In this document: positions 49,860-60,593 of the stretch, in pieces
Position numbering within the stretch: position 1 is the stretch's first letter
How the letters are laid out: each line of letters opens with the position of its first letter
From: Nemertoderma westbladi
Taxonomy: Eukaryota; Animalia; Xenacoelomorpha
DNA length: 60,593 nucleotides
Direction: 5' to 3'
Assembly (NCBI GenBank): GCA_032718475.1
Contig: JAUCBJ010005901.1
Coordinates: 1 to 60,593 of the forward strand
Position numbers and translations under genes: made by a program
The notes under the pieces: model-generated
What the model was told of the DNA's origin: nothing
The model's input: the letters and a program-made list of their open reading frames with translations, nothing else
Databases searched by the model: none

Positions 49860-50830
49860 AACTGTGTCTTCTTTAAAGTAACACATTAAGAACATTATAT
49901 ATTAAATTTGCAACTGTAACACTATCTTCCTTATATATATCAGTCAACTTTAGGTTGATATTGTATTTGGCACATATATGTTTTGTCAAAGAACAACTAA
50001 CTGATAGGACATGTTGTTCGTCTTGTACATCTGTTGCGTTAAAAGGACATGTCCGTTGTTCCCTCGGAGTCCTTGTCCATCTCCCAGTTTCTACATTTAA
50101 ATTGTGAGATGAGAGTCGGACATGGGTCATTGCTTTTCTGTGATATTCTGGAATATTGATTTGGTGACGTGTGTAAATCTCGTGGACAGATAAGTTGGGG
50201 TTATGTATATTTCTATGTGATGGATTTGGTACGACTGGACATAGATACTTTTTGTTTTCGTCTCTCGATATCGCGTTCTGTATATTTATTTTTGGATATT
50301 ATGGAGGCGATGTGTTTCCACGCCGGTGTGGAATTTGTTCTGGATATATACAAGGCATAACTTAAAGGGTAGTCAGTCTGATTCATTTGTGTCATTTATC
50401 AACATGGATGAGTAATACTTATGTTAACCTTTCCTGCACCATAGCTAGTAGTGAGGGTAGTTCAAGCTCTAGCAACGAGGTGTCGTGAGGTGTAGATGAC
50501 CTGACACTTATAAGCACCTTAATGGCCGTCATATATGTGCGTTCTAGTTCTTTTATATTGGAACAAAACCACGTTTCACAACCATATAACAATGATGCAT
50601 TAAGGCATGCATTAAGTACCTCTTTCTTGATAGTGAATGGCAAGTCAGGATTACTTGTAACAAAGGTAATAAATTTAAGCAGGTCCTTCTGTTTGTCATT
50701 ACTCTGTTCTTGTATCATGGAATTAACGCGGCCGTCGCAGGTTATAATACATCCAAGGTAATTATATTTGTCTCAATGTTTGACAATGCACCTATCTATT
50801 ACAATCGTGTCTTTATCGGTACCAACACCA
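49860..50830 (-). mobile_element. 3' fragment of a LINE (related to 37401-38960)
   Basis: YIYLG, LLYGCETW, RLSSHNLNVETGRW...C...DEQHV..C. Confidence 0.8.
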
Positions 50831-50930
50831 TTTATTACCATAATATGACGGGATCAAGGGATCCCGACCGGGTTAAGTTTGTACGCATCACAGCGAGCTG
50901 ATGGCAAGATGGAGAAAAGTTTAAGTTTGA

Positions 50931-51441
50931 TGTTCCTTCGCTCATATAATACAACTGCTAATGATAGCACAGTATGAGATAACAATAATAGTGAATAATA
51001 AATCAGTATGTAACAGCACCGCGATGACGGTAAGACTATAATGCCGGTCTGTACTGAAACTGACAGATTGGATAACTGAATAGTAAATCAGTATGTATGA
51101 GATAATATACGACACACCAATATTACTCCACTGCTACATTACTTTGGCCTCCTACCTAGTGGATGCTCTCCCTCGCTCTCCAGCGATTGGCTAATAACCT
51201 ACTTCACGCCTTTCCACTCTCTGGGAGTGTTTCCCCCCTGTCGCTAGCCCCTGCTAGCTGTTTCCCCTTCTGAGGTGGTTTGACCTCTAACCTCCCTTTA
51301 TGTGGCTTTGGGTTTGTACTGTCCCCGATGTTGGTTGTGATACGAGATTAATTATTGCTAATCTCGTATCTCCAACATATTGCTGAAAATGTCACTATCC
51401 CATTTTATGAGGGTAATGAAGCGGTATTGAATCCGCTTACA
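50931..51441 (-). mobile_element. Probable 3' LTR of the minus-strand BEL-like element
   Basis: On the minus strand a PPT GGGGGGAG directly precedes TGTAAGCGG at 51441. The candidate end ...GGAACA at 50931 is inferred, since the partner LTR is outside the window. Confidence 0.5.
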
Positions 51442-52118
51442 CTCCCCCCATGCTATCTTCCCAGTGAGAAGATAGCATCATCTACAAGTGTGCTTCAATT
51501 CCGCTGGAACCCGATCTACTATCAGGTGTGGGGTGGAGTTCTTTTCTTGGAGTCGGCTTTCCAGGACGCTCCCTCTGGGTATGATATTACTACCCCTACT
51601 TGGTGCAACCGCAATCTATGTTGCACCAAGACATCTGATGTCTCGGTTCGAGACAATTGTGGACTCCTCTCACACAATTTTTATATCTCCTCACTCTGGA
51701 CTAACTCTAACTTCACTTCAGCTCCACTCTAACTCCACTCTACTCTATCTTACTCTCGGACCTCTCCGTCCCTCACTCTGCCTCTTAATACTCGCTCCCC
51801 ACATCTGAATTGCACCCGTATACTTTCCACACGCGTCAACACCTCCTCTCGCTATCTTCCCTGCGCTTCTGTACTCAACCCTTACTTGTTTCGCTCCACT
51901 CACTCCTGACGAGCCTCACCCTCCCCTTCTGTGCCGTCGCACTCAAGAAGTGTGATTCATCTAGTGTCCCGTCCTCCTGTCATAGTCTATTGGTCCCCAG
52001 TCCCAGTAGCTAGTTGGAAAAGGTTACATGACTATAGTACTTACTTTGATTATATTGATTCTAATTATATTCTATTGATTATTACATTATTACATCCCCA
52101 CATCTCCCCCTCCAAGTC

Positions 52119-54106
52119 CTAGTTCGCTCCTCCCGTCTTTGGGAACCATCTCAATTCCTTCCCTCTGTTGTCGTCCTGTCTCGGTCGCTTCCTTGTTGTC
52201 GTCGCTTCCTTGTTCTTATCCTCCTTAAGGCTCCTCATTCTCACTGTTACCTCCTTACTGATTCCCGTGGTCGATTCCTTGGGCCCTGGTGTTATTAGCT
52301 CCCGGTATCGCTTCGCAGGTGGCCCTTCCGAATGCCCCTCCTGCTTCCCCCTAGTAGCGTCCCACAAGATCATCTTCATGGTCCGCGGCACATGCTCCGC
52401 CAGGAAATCTCTGAACTCTCCTCTGTTCTCTGGTGCCCATCTGTCTAAATACCTCTGCATATTGATGACTCCACCATACGATGCCGCCATCGCTACTTCT
52501 TGATAAGTAAATGGAAGTCTTCTCTTGATGATTTCCAGATGGGCCTCCTGGTTAATATTGAAGAAACCCCACCGGAACTCCTGGGCCTTCATTCTCTGCC
52601 ACATCATGACGCCGACATCGGCCCACTCCTCGAATATCTTAAACTTCTCCTCGTCATCCATCCAGTCACACTGGCGCCCATACTGCCCTCGAAACTTACA
52701 CTTAGAACACCGGTTGTGCAACCGCGGATGATGGTGCTCCCCGCGAAATCCATCGCCAGCTCCTCACGCACCCAGGCCCGCTTGCCGGGTTTATCCCAGA
52801 AGGCCCTCGCAAGGCCCCGTAACTCGTCCAAGTTCTGGGCCTCGAACCCGTAGTCCTCTCCTCTAGCTTCCGCCTCTCTTTCGTCTGCTTCCCTCCTTTC
52901 TCGTCTGCGATTTCTTCCCATCGCTTCTCCTCCACTCTATCCGCCTCCAGCTTCTCCCACCTCTGATATGGCGTATCCACCTCCCTGTCTACTAGATATC
53001 GGCAGTTGTAGTATACCGACTCGCCCTTCAGCCACGGGTGGTCTGCCAGACCCTCGAAGGCCACCTTGAAGGCTCTTCTGTAGTTCAGGGGTGATCCCGA
53101 CAGCAGAAACGACGTTGGCTCTCTTCCGATAACCACGGCCATGAATAGGTTTAGTAAACCTATCATTACCCAATCCTCCTGCAGGATATATCGCTTCTGA
53201 TATATCTTTATCGCTCATCTCCGGAATTGATACACCTCCTGTTTCCCTGGCCTTGCTCCCCACTTTAGCGAGTTTGCCAACTCCGCTCCGTACTCCTCCC
53301 TGAATTTACCCCAGTCCATCGGCTTGTGGCAGATGAGCCCCATGAGCTGGCCCATCGCCACTGCTCCACAATGTCCTGTGTTCTCTACCAATCCCAACCC
53401 AGCTGACCCTGTCATGGCCATGTAGACCGTTTGCATGTCCAGGAGGTTGGGGGTCTCCGGTCCGACGATCCTCTCCGCATCGTCGCGGATCGCCGATCCC
53501 ACCTTCATCGTCGACTTCTCCCTTACTAGGTTCTGCACCGCCCTTGGCAACCGGTTCAACTTCGGCCCGCGCTTCTTCCCATACTTTCCCAGATCGAACA
53601 GGAATATGTCCCCATTTAGCGTAGCCAAATGCAGAAGTATGGTTCTGGCCGACCCCGCCGACCTTCTTCTCGAACCCTCGTCGTCTTCCACAGTCCCTTC
53701 GTCATCTAGGACCATATATCCTCCCCTGCTGACGGACTCTACGAACCTCTTTCAGTCCTTTCTCGGTGGTTCCCTCGGATACTTCGGTATCCCGAACTTC
53801 GCCTCATCTCTCATCTCCCTTCACTACGTAGTGGAAATGCTCGAGGATTGCGTTATCTAGCAATGGCATCCCGTAGGTCCCGACCAGCCGCCTCTCGTGC
53901 ACCTCCCTGAAATGGTCCTGCAGCGCTCGCGCTTTGTGACCCTTCTCTAACCGCTCGTAGTATCCCCTCGTCTTCTCTTCCAGATGCCTCTGGGTGAAAT
54001 CTACTAGTATATCCTTTCCACCTCTTTCCGCCTTTCTCTTTCTGACAAGTCTCTCCGCCATTTCGAACATTCCCAATCGCTCACCCACAAGGTGGTGCCT
54101 TACCAA
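52119..54106 (-). pseudogene. Second extra ORF with a DEDDy 3'-5' exonuclease domain and a C-terminal Cys cluster (stops and frameshifts)
   Basis: VLDDEG (ExoI), LLHLATLNGDIFLFDL, LPRAVQNLVREKSTMKVGSAIRDD (ExoII), LLDMQ, then QKRYILQED (ExoIII-like) in the same frame after one stop; HNRCSKC...C downstream. Confidence 0.78.
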
Positions 54107-54569
54107 GGAGGCTCAAAATAGATGAGTGATGTAGCTAGGATGGTCTGTGCGGTCCGATAATGGCCTATCTCTATCAGAACACTAGGTTTTTACACTATAT
54201 TTACCTATGTACCCCCCAAAGTGCTAAATTTTCCTAAATTCCCTAAATTATGTTCTAGAATTTTCTGCCTACTATTACCATAATTTGTTGAATTTGAATT
54301 TTTATAGTAATTTTAATACTACTACTGTGCTATCAATACTCATAATGGGTTATTTCTGCTTAAATAACCCCTATAGTTTGCATACAGGGTAGACTAGCTA
54401 TTCCCTACTGTGCTAGTCTGCACCAGGTAACCTCCTGGCTCTGTATCAAACATTCTGACCTACTCTACGGGCTGTGCAGTACAGTAGTCTGTCTCGTGCG
54501 GCCTACACGGTCTGTCCAGCTGTATCCACGTGCCCCCCCCCCTCTCGCTCTCGTGGATATCATACTCTC

Positions 54570-55085
54570 CACTCTCTTACTACTAACCCTACTAACTCTC
54601 TAACTCTACTAACTCTCTAACTCTTACTAACTCTCTAACTCTTACTAACTCTCTAACCCTTACTAACTCTCTAACACTTACTAGCTCTCTAACTCTTACT
54701 AACTCTCTAACTCTTACTAACTCTCCAACTCTTACTAACTCTACTAATGGTACTACGTACCCTCTTACTGTCTAACTCTAACTCTACTAACGGTACTACG
54801 TACTACGTACCCTATTACTCTCTAACTCAAACTCTACTAACGGTACTATGTACCCTCTTACTCTCTACTAACTCCACTAACGGTACTATGTACCCTCTTA
54901 GTCTCTAACTCTTACTAATGGTACTACATACCCTCTTACTCTCTACTAACTCCACTAACAGTACTGCGTACCCTCTTACACTCTAACTCTTACTAATGGT
55001 ACTGCGTACCCTTTTACACTCTAACTCTTACTAACGGTACTGCGTACCCTCTTACATTCTAACTCTAACTCTACTAACTTCTATC
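54570..55085. repeat. Compound minisatellite (CTCTAACTCTTACTAA-type short units grading into ~36-bp GGTACTACGTACCC units)
   Basis: Direct inspection. Confidence 0.9.
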
Positions 55086-55254
55086 TGCCTACTTACTTAC
55101 TACTACGTACTATCTTCTATTACTTTCCCTTTCTAATTTTATAGCTTTCTTTCTACTGCTTTATTTTATTATTTTTATTTTTTTTACATTTTGTGGGAAG
55201 GGCGTCTTGCCCTCAATCCCACCCCCCTCAGTCCAATACTTGGATGACTAAACT

Positions 55255-55310
55255 CTATGGTTCCCCTTCCAATAGGCAACACTTTCCTACAGCCTCCTCT
55301 TGTAGGTCTT
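55255..55310 (-). pseudogene. Extreme C-terminus of a BEL/Pao pol, cut by the 55311 LTR insertion
   Basis: The minus strand reads KTYKR(+2 nt)AVGKCCLLEGEP*, resembling the BEL pol ending Y.R.V.K.CLLE. Confidence 0.45.
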
Positions 55311-57940
55311 TGATGAATTATTTCACTATAAGGTAGCATTTGTAGTTTAACTTTAACGTAAAAACTTTTGAAAATCCGACGTATTTTGATTAAGTTACAG
55401 TAATGTAATATGCCTATTCATATTTGTACACATAAAACCCTTAGGTACTCTCGTGGCGTAGTGGTCAGATGGTTAAGGCGTTGGTTACATTACGTAGGTT
55501 ACGAGTTCGAATCCCAGTCGGGAAATTTGTATTTTGGGGCCATTTATTTTTGTGTGGTGCTAATTGGTAGGCCAATGAGAAGCGTACAGCGTAGCGAATG
55601 ATGAGCCAGGCCAATCATAGGGCATAAATTATTTTATTGCTCAAATGTGAGGCAGTGGAAAATTCTGTTAGGATTCCATGTCCCAGATTAGTGTAAGGGC
55701 CGGACTGCGTTGAACGATGAGCTGGGCCAATCATAGAGCACGAAGCACTTCATTGCTCAATGGTGAAGCTGTGGAAAATTCTGTTTAGTTTCCATGTGCA
55801 ATTTCTAGTATAAAAGGCCGGTTTGCCTTCGGTTATCACTTCTTAGAATGTTGTTATCATCCTGATATCGTTTATTCTTGTAAAATTAGTTAATTCGGTT
55901 TCTTGTTGAAACTTTATTTGATAAATCCTTTTGTAAAACTGTAAATATACTGCAATTTCCTGACATGTTTTCTTTTGGTCCGACTTCGGGACAGCCGAAC
56001 ACCAGGGAGATGGCAGCCTAGATCGTTAGGCCGTAAGCAACGCAGGGAAGGGATGTCCACAACACGCTAGCGCCCACATTGGATCGACCGCGCACCCCCT
56101 TTGCCCCTTCGAAATACTCCACTTGCTATGCAGCGCCCGCTTTGTGAGAAGGTAAGACTTTGTTCGACGCCCTTGCCCGCCGTAAGACCTATAGATCAGG
56201 GTAAGCGTGACATCGTACTGGACGCCGCAAATTTAGGATCAAATAATTATATCCAGACACCCCCCCTTTGTCAAGTCCCACGAATCCCTGGGTTAACCTG
56301 TACTTCCTACAGGTGCGAACTATTGCCATTCGTCAGTACGCGAGTACATATTAGGTACGGACAGCATACGTTCCATAATTTAGTGATTCATAGCACTGAC
56401 TGTTTGGTACCGGTTCGCTTTGTAGAACGTACATTAGTACCCCCCCCCCCCCCTGTCTGGAGTTAGCTATTTGATCAGGCAAGGAGCATTTCTGCTACCG
56501 GCACACTGCTTGGCCTAGGGAGGTTTATTAATATCCTACCGCGCCTTGCCACGTACTGATAGGTATTGCTGCTAACTACCGCAGCAACAAAGTTCTAGAA
56601 TTAAATTAGTATACCAGATCAGCTAACGTACGGTAGCGATTAACCCCTATTCTTATCTTACAACCAGAATCTGGTATTAGTGCCGATCACGGGTGTAGTT
56701 ACTAACACTGTGGTTGCCCATTGGGTTGTGGATAGGAAGGAGAGAGCTTTGACGTCATTCGTGAGTATAAAGTTCTACAAACGCGACTAGTTTATTTTAG
56801 TAGCTAGCGCACGGTATCACTTAGTCAGAAAATCACTAAAACCTAGTAAAAGGAATTACACGAAATTGTTTTATTTGTAACACACCCACACACACACGCC
56901 CTAAAACATATTGCCCTTAAAGTTCTACTAGCTATAGCGTACTATACATTACGTTAGGTGGAAATTATCTGTATTTGTAAAATTAGGATCTGATTTAGTT
57001 GCGGCAAGATAAGGAGTATTTCACTTTCATTATTAAACTGTTGTTTGTCTGGACAACGGTATTGTTACATTTAGGCCTGACCTTTTAGACTGACTTCGTA
57101 CAGGGGGATCAGTTATTGTTACATTTAGGCACGACCTTTAGGCTGATTTCGACAGGGATGATCAGCATTGTTACACTAGGTCTGTTAACCACCTAGTTCG
57201 TATATAAACCATATAAATCACACCGCGGCAAGTTACTGTATTTAGGACTGTCAGTGATAGTTAGGATTCGCTGCGCGGGGATTGTTTTCCCGTGAGTTTG
57301 GTCTGTTACTGTAACTGTACATCTGCCTCACCGGTTAGAGGACAGGTATCCTTCTGTCTAGTACGTAGGCATTAGACCCGCTCACGTACATAGAATAGAT
57401 ACAAGGCTCTGTTCCTCGCCAGTAGTCGTTTGTGTACTGTATCTGTTTGTTTAGATATCCTGGACTGGGATTTGTTGTCAGATACTGTACGAGCCCGTAT
57501 ACATTACTAGAGTCTCATAGTAAGATACATCGTTACTAGGATCTGGTAAGCGGTATACTACTGGACCCTTACAGTAGGAAGTATTTATTAAATATCTCGA
57601 CCGAAAGTGCGTGCGCATTTAAAGTGAGATATAGATAAATATTTGTTAGCTATTGTAAGTAGGAGATATTTAAAATTTAAGGTTAGTAAATTTAGTAATT
57701 TAGAACGTCCCCTGCTTCAGTAGGCTTTTAGGGTAGCTAGTACTTTCGTATTTAATATTTGACTAGCTAACAGTTAGTTTGTAGCACTTTGTTTTACGCC
57801 GTGTGTGTGCGGTGTTACTTTTCGGTACTTGAAAAGGTACATAGGGTTTAAAGACCAATTTGTATCGGTACCTAGGAAGATTTTTCGTAAGCGTAGAAGT
57901 AAAACTCTCACCTTCGACCTTTTCAGGACTCAAGGACTCA
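55311..57940 (+). mobile_element. 5' LTR (~2.6 kb, TG...CA) of a younger BEL/Pao-type element that continues beyond the window
   Basis: Homologous to 39635-42134; ends ...GGACTCA and is followed by TTTC-TGGACCGCTTCGAGGATT (PBS-like), a leader and a long ORF. Confidence 0.78.
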
Positions 57941-58511
57941 TTTCTGGACCGCTTCGAGGATTAGACCGCTTTTCGCAAAGTTTGGGAGACAATAAATTCG
58001 TCCGCGCCGCCGAAAAACGGAAAGACCCACGTCCGGTTTGTATTTGGGAATTTGTACGACTGGAAGATCAAAGGAACGTAAGTTTTACGACTCGCGTCGT
58101 TCAAACTTAAGAAAGCACAGTAGTACTCAAAATTTGTGGGTTTCACTGTCTATTAGTAGTGTTGTTGGTACTTATTTTCCCGTTAGACGTTGCTGTTTGG
58201 CCTATTGTTTATACTTGTTGATCTACATTTTGTTAACGTATACCGTTATCTCACTTATTCGTACAAATTTAGCCGGTAGGCTAGATTACTACTTATTTTA
58301 TTATATACCTTGTTAGTTTTATTTGTACCGGTTAGGGTATATATATGATATATATATATATCAAGGTAAGTTTGACATTTGTACATTTCGACATTTTGAC
58401 ATTTCGACATTCTGACTTGTTGATTTATTTGTACCGGTTAGGTAAGTTTGACACTTCAACATTCAGACACTTTGACATTTTATTACCCGTACTTGACGTA
58501 TATAATAAGAC

Positions 58512-60593
58512 ATGAGTGACACACCCCATTCGACGAGATACCCACCTACCGACTATGACTCGTGCGACCCGGACAGATCGACAGTAGACGAACCGAGAAG
58601 GAGAACCCGAGATTCCACCGATGTCACACCGCTTGCGTCGCCGGTACCCCGAACGGAAATACCGGAAGCCGCAACGCGTGGCGACGGCAGGATCGAAGAT
58701 TTCCTTACCGTCCCGCAGACTAGATCACGGGAACCGGACATGGTAAGTTCGACTGGAAGCCAGGAGAACGTTATTAGAAGTATAGGAGGACACATGGCCC
58801 AGATTACTCGGAACCTCGGAGAAGGTTTTCGCGTTTTACGCGAGTTAACCGCCCCGATGTCGAGATACGAGTTCTACACCTTACAGGTAAGGATAGAAAG
58901 TAGGGTACATGCCTCCGTAGATAAACTTAAAGGTTTGCACGAACTTGCAGAGTTGCGTGGCGACAACTTTACTCAGGTAAAGATAGTAGATAAATTGGTA
59001 AGTGCGAGAGAAAGCCTTATCCAGTTTAAGTCGGTGATAAGATTGGCTCAACAGGAGCAGTTCGACCAACTGCTAGGTGAGTCAGTTTCGGACGCGTTGT
59101 TACAACCCGAAGAGGAAGAAGAACTCTACTGCCTGGACGGAAGGTTGGAAACGCTGACCAATTTTCTTCGTAGATGCGGCGTACCGATCGACGAACCGGA
59201 AGTCGAACCGCGAGGGACGACGGAAGTTCTCACTACGGAAGGCTCGCGAGCCTACCAACATCCACCACTGGATAGATCGTTCGTTAGCGTACGGAGCGAC
59301 GTTGGCAACGTTGGCGACGTTAGTAGAACAGCGTCTGGAATTACTCGACAACAACAGGAGGTTGCACGCCGACAACAAGTCGCCGAGGAAGAAGCGCGAC
59401 ACCAGATGGCACAGATCGCCATCGAAGGAGAGAAACAACGTAGAGAAGACGAGGCAAGAATTGCACAACTCAAGGCGCAAGCTGAATTCGAAGCATCAGA
59501 AATGCGCAGACTGGAGGAGGACTTAGCGCGAGAAGCGGCAGCCGACGAGTTAGCACGGCAGAAAGCAGCATCCGACGTTCGTGCCAAGTTGGAGGCGCGG
59601 CAAATAAACGCTCGATTAGCTATACAGGAAGCGGAATTAGCGGCACAACAACAGGACGCAGATCGACGCGAAAGGGAGATGCAACTACAGTTCGAATTGA
59701 ATCGTAGATCGCGCGAGACAGCGAACGCGCAAGCGGACCTCGAACTCGACGCGAGAGATAGATCTATGAGATCGCGAACTGGACACGACTTGTCTGCCCT
59801 GGATCGTATGGAAGCTCGATATCGCGGAATACAGAAGCGGATCGAGGAAGGAAGCGTGGGAGCGATAGATCGAGGAGAGGAGTTCGTCGAGGATTACTGT
59901 AAACGTTTTCCCCAAGTTATTCCTATGCTCAAACCCACGACTCCGATAAAACCGGTCTTCGTTACGAAACCTAAGGAAATAACGCCTGTGCGTTCGACGC
60001 AAGGCAACAGGTTTGTTGTGACGGAAATACCGCAACCTAGGGCGACTTCATCGCCAATTTTAGCAGGTAACATAACTAGTCCACCTACAGTAAGTCGTAG
60101 TCTACTTGTAGGAAGAGAGGAACCTGCGTTTATGACCATTAAACAGGTGAGTAAACCATTACAAGTTAAACCTGTGACGTGCTGTGCAAATCCAGTTATT
60201 TACAGACCGACTACGAAACCCGACTATTTCACTCGACCGTTGACACAATGTTCGACGCAACCTACGACTTCGTGGAAGGCTTGCGAGCCTACCGAACTAC
60301 GAAGGAGGATGGAGGTGGGTAGTACCCACGGGATCGGACAACGTATAGCGAGACCTACGACTTCGTGGAAGGCTTGCGAGCCTACCGAACAACGGAGAGC
60401 CGTAGATTCCGGACCGCAACGGACGAAAACGAGAGTAATACGCCGGACACGAACCCGCCAACCACCTTATCCGGACGACAGCGATTCATCTAGTGACTCG
60501 GAGTCGACGGAACGGGAAATATTCCGTACTGGAGCGGCGGAAGATTGCAAACGAGAGGAACGATCGACGAACCCCTATATCGACAATCCTCCA
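58512..60593 (+). CDS. Open ORF of >=694 codons running off the window; probable Gag(-Pol) N-terminus of the BEL element
   Basis: ATG at 58512 (MSDTPHSTRY...) with no stop to the window end by manual translation; long E/R/Q/A coiled coil; absent from the track because it has no stop. Confidence 0.8.
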   Translation, partial: MSDTPHSTRYPPTDYDSCDPDRSTVDEPRRRTRDSTDVTPLASPVPRTEIPEAATRGDGRIEDFLTVPQTRSREPDMVSSTGSQENVIRSIGGHMAQITRNLGEGFRVLRELTAPMSRYEFYTLQVRIESRVHASVDKLKGLHELAELRGDNFTQVKIVDKLVSARESLIQFKSVIRLAQQEQFDQLLGESVSDALLQPEEEEELYCLDGRLETLTNFLRRCGVPIDEPEVEPRGTTEVLTTEGSRAYQHPPLDRSFVSVRSDVGNVGDVSRTASGITRQQQEVARRQQVAEEEARHQMAQIAIEGEKQRREDEARIAQLKAQAEFEASEMRRLEEDLAREAAADELARQKAASDVRAKLEARQINARLAIQEAELAAQQQDADRREREMQLQFELNRRSRETANAQADLELDARDRSMRSRTGHDLSALDRMEARYRGIQKRIEEGSVGAIDRGEEFVEDYCKRFPQVIPMLKPTTPIKPVFVTKPKEITPVRSTQGNRFVVTEIPQPRATSSPILAGNITSPPTVSRSLLVGREEPAFMTIKQVSKPLQVKPVTCCANPVIYRPTTKPDYFTRPLTQCSTQPTTSWKACEPTELRRRMEVGSTHGIGQRIARPTTSWKACEPTEQRRAVDSGPQRTKTRVIRRTRTRQPPYPDDSDSSSDSESTEREIFRTGAAEDCKREERSTNPYIDNPP

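Noticed and set aside
54570-55085. Telomeric repeat or chromosome end
   Set aside because: The CTCTAA-like units are irregular, internal and not (TTAGG)n or (TTAGGG)n.
55450-55525. Functional tRNA gene
   Set aside because: A and B boxes are present, but there is no convincing acceptor or anticodon stem, and it is embedded in an LTR.
39635-57940. Treating the two long repeats as the 5' and 3' LTRs of one 18-kb element
   Set aside because: They are too diverged, there is no PPT before 55311 and no TSD, and the second is followed by a PBS-like site and a gag-like ORF, so it is the 5' LTR of another copy.
59100-60139. Minus-strand ORFs in the track
   Set aside because: Antisense shadows of the long + strand ORF from 58512; the same applies to most short ORFs overlapping the Gypsy, RTE and piggyBac genes.

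Overview
This is AT-rich eukaryotic (metazoan, probably invertebrate) nuclear DNA made mostly of nested transposable elements; it is not prokaryotic. The only host gene I can support is a spliced two-domain beta/gamma-crystallin-superfamily gene on the + strand (exons 20751-20896, 26349-26621, 37106-37232; 5' exon not found), and the ORF track misses most of it. Its introns hold an EnSpm/CACTA-like relic split by a hAT-type element, a LINE with an in-frame deletion of the RT core, a DD41D Tc1/mariner relic and an intact piggyBac transposase. Upstream there is a three-layer nest (Ty3/Gypsy inside RTE inside an old CR1/L2-type LINE) and several TIR/MITE elements with clear TSDs. The most interesting region is 39.6-60.6 kb, a cluster of BEL/Pao LTR retrotransposons. 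Two of them, on opposite strands and divergent from each other, each carry an extra ORF downstream of pol with a WRN/EXD2/RNase D-like DEDDy 3'-5' exonuclease domain. The + strand family also has ~2.5-kb LTRs (tRNA-like box, conserved hairpins) and a recurrent, frame-independent 20-bp palindrome. All calls come from reading the sequence by eye; no database searches were run.
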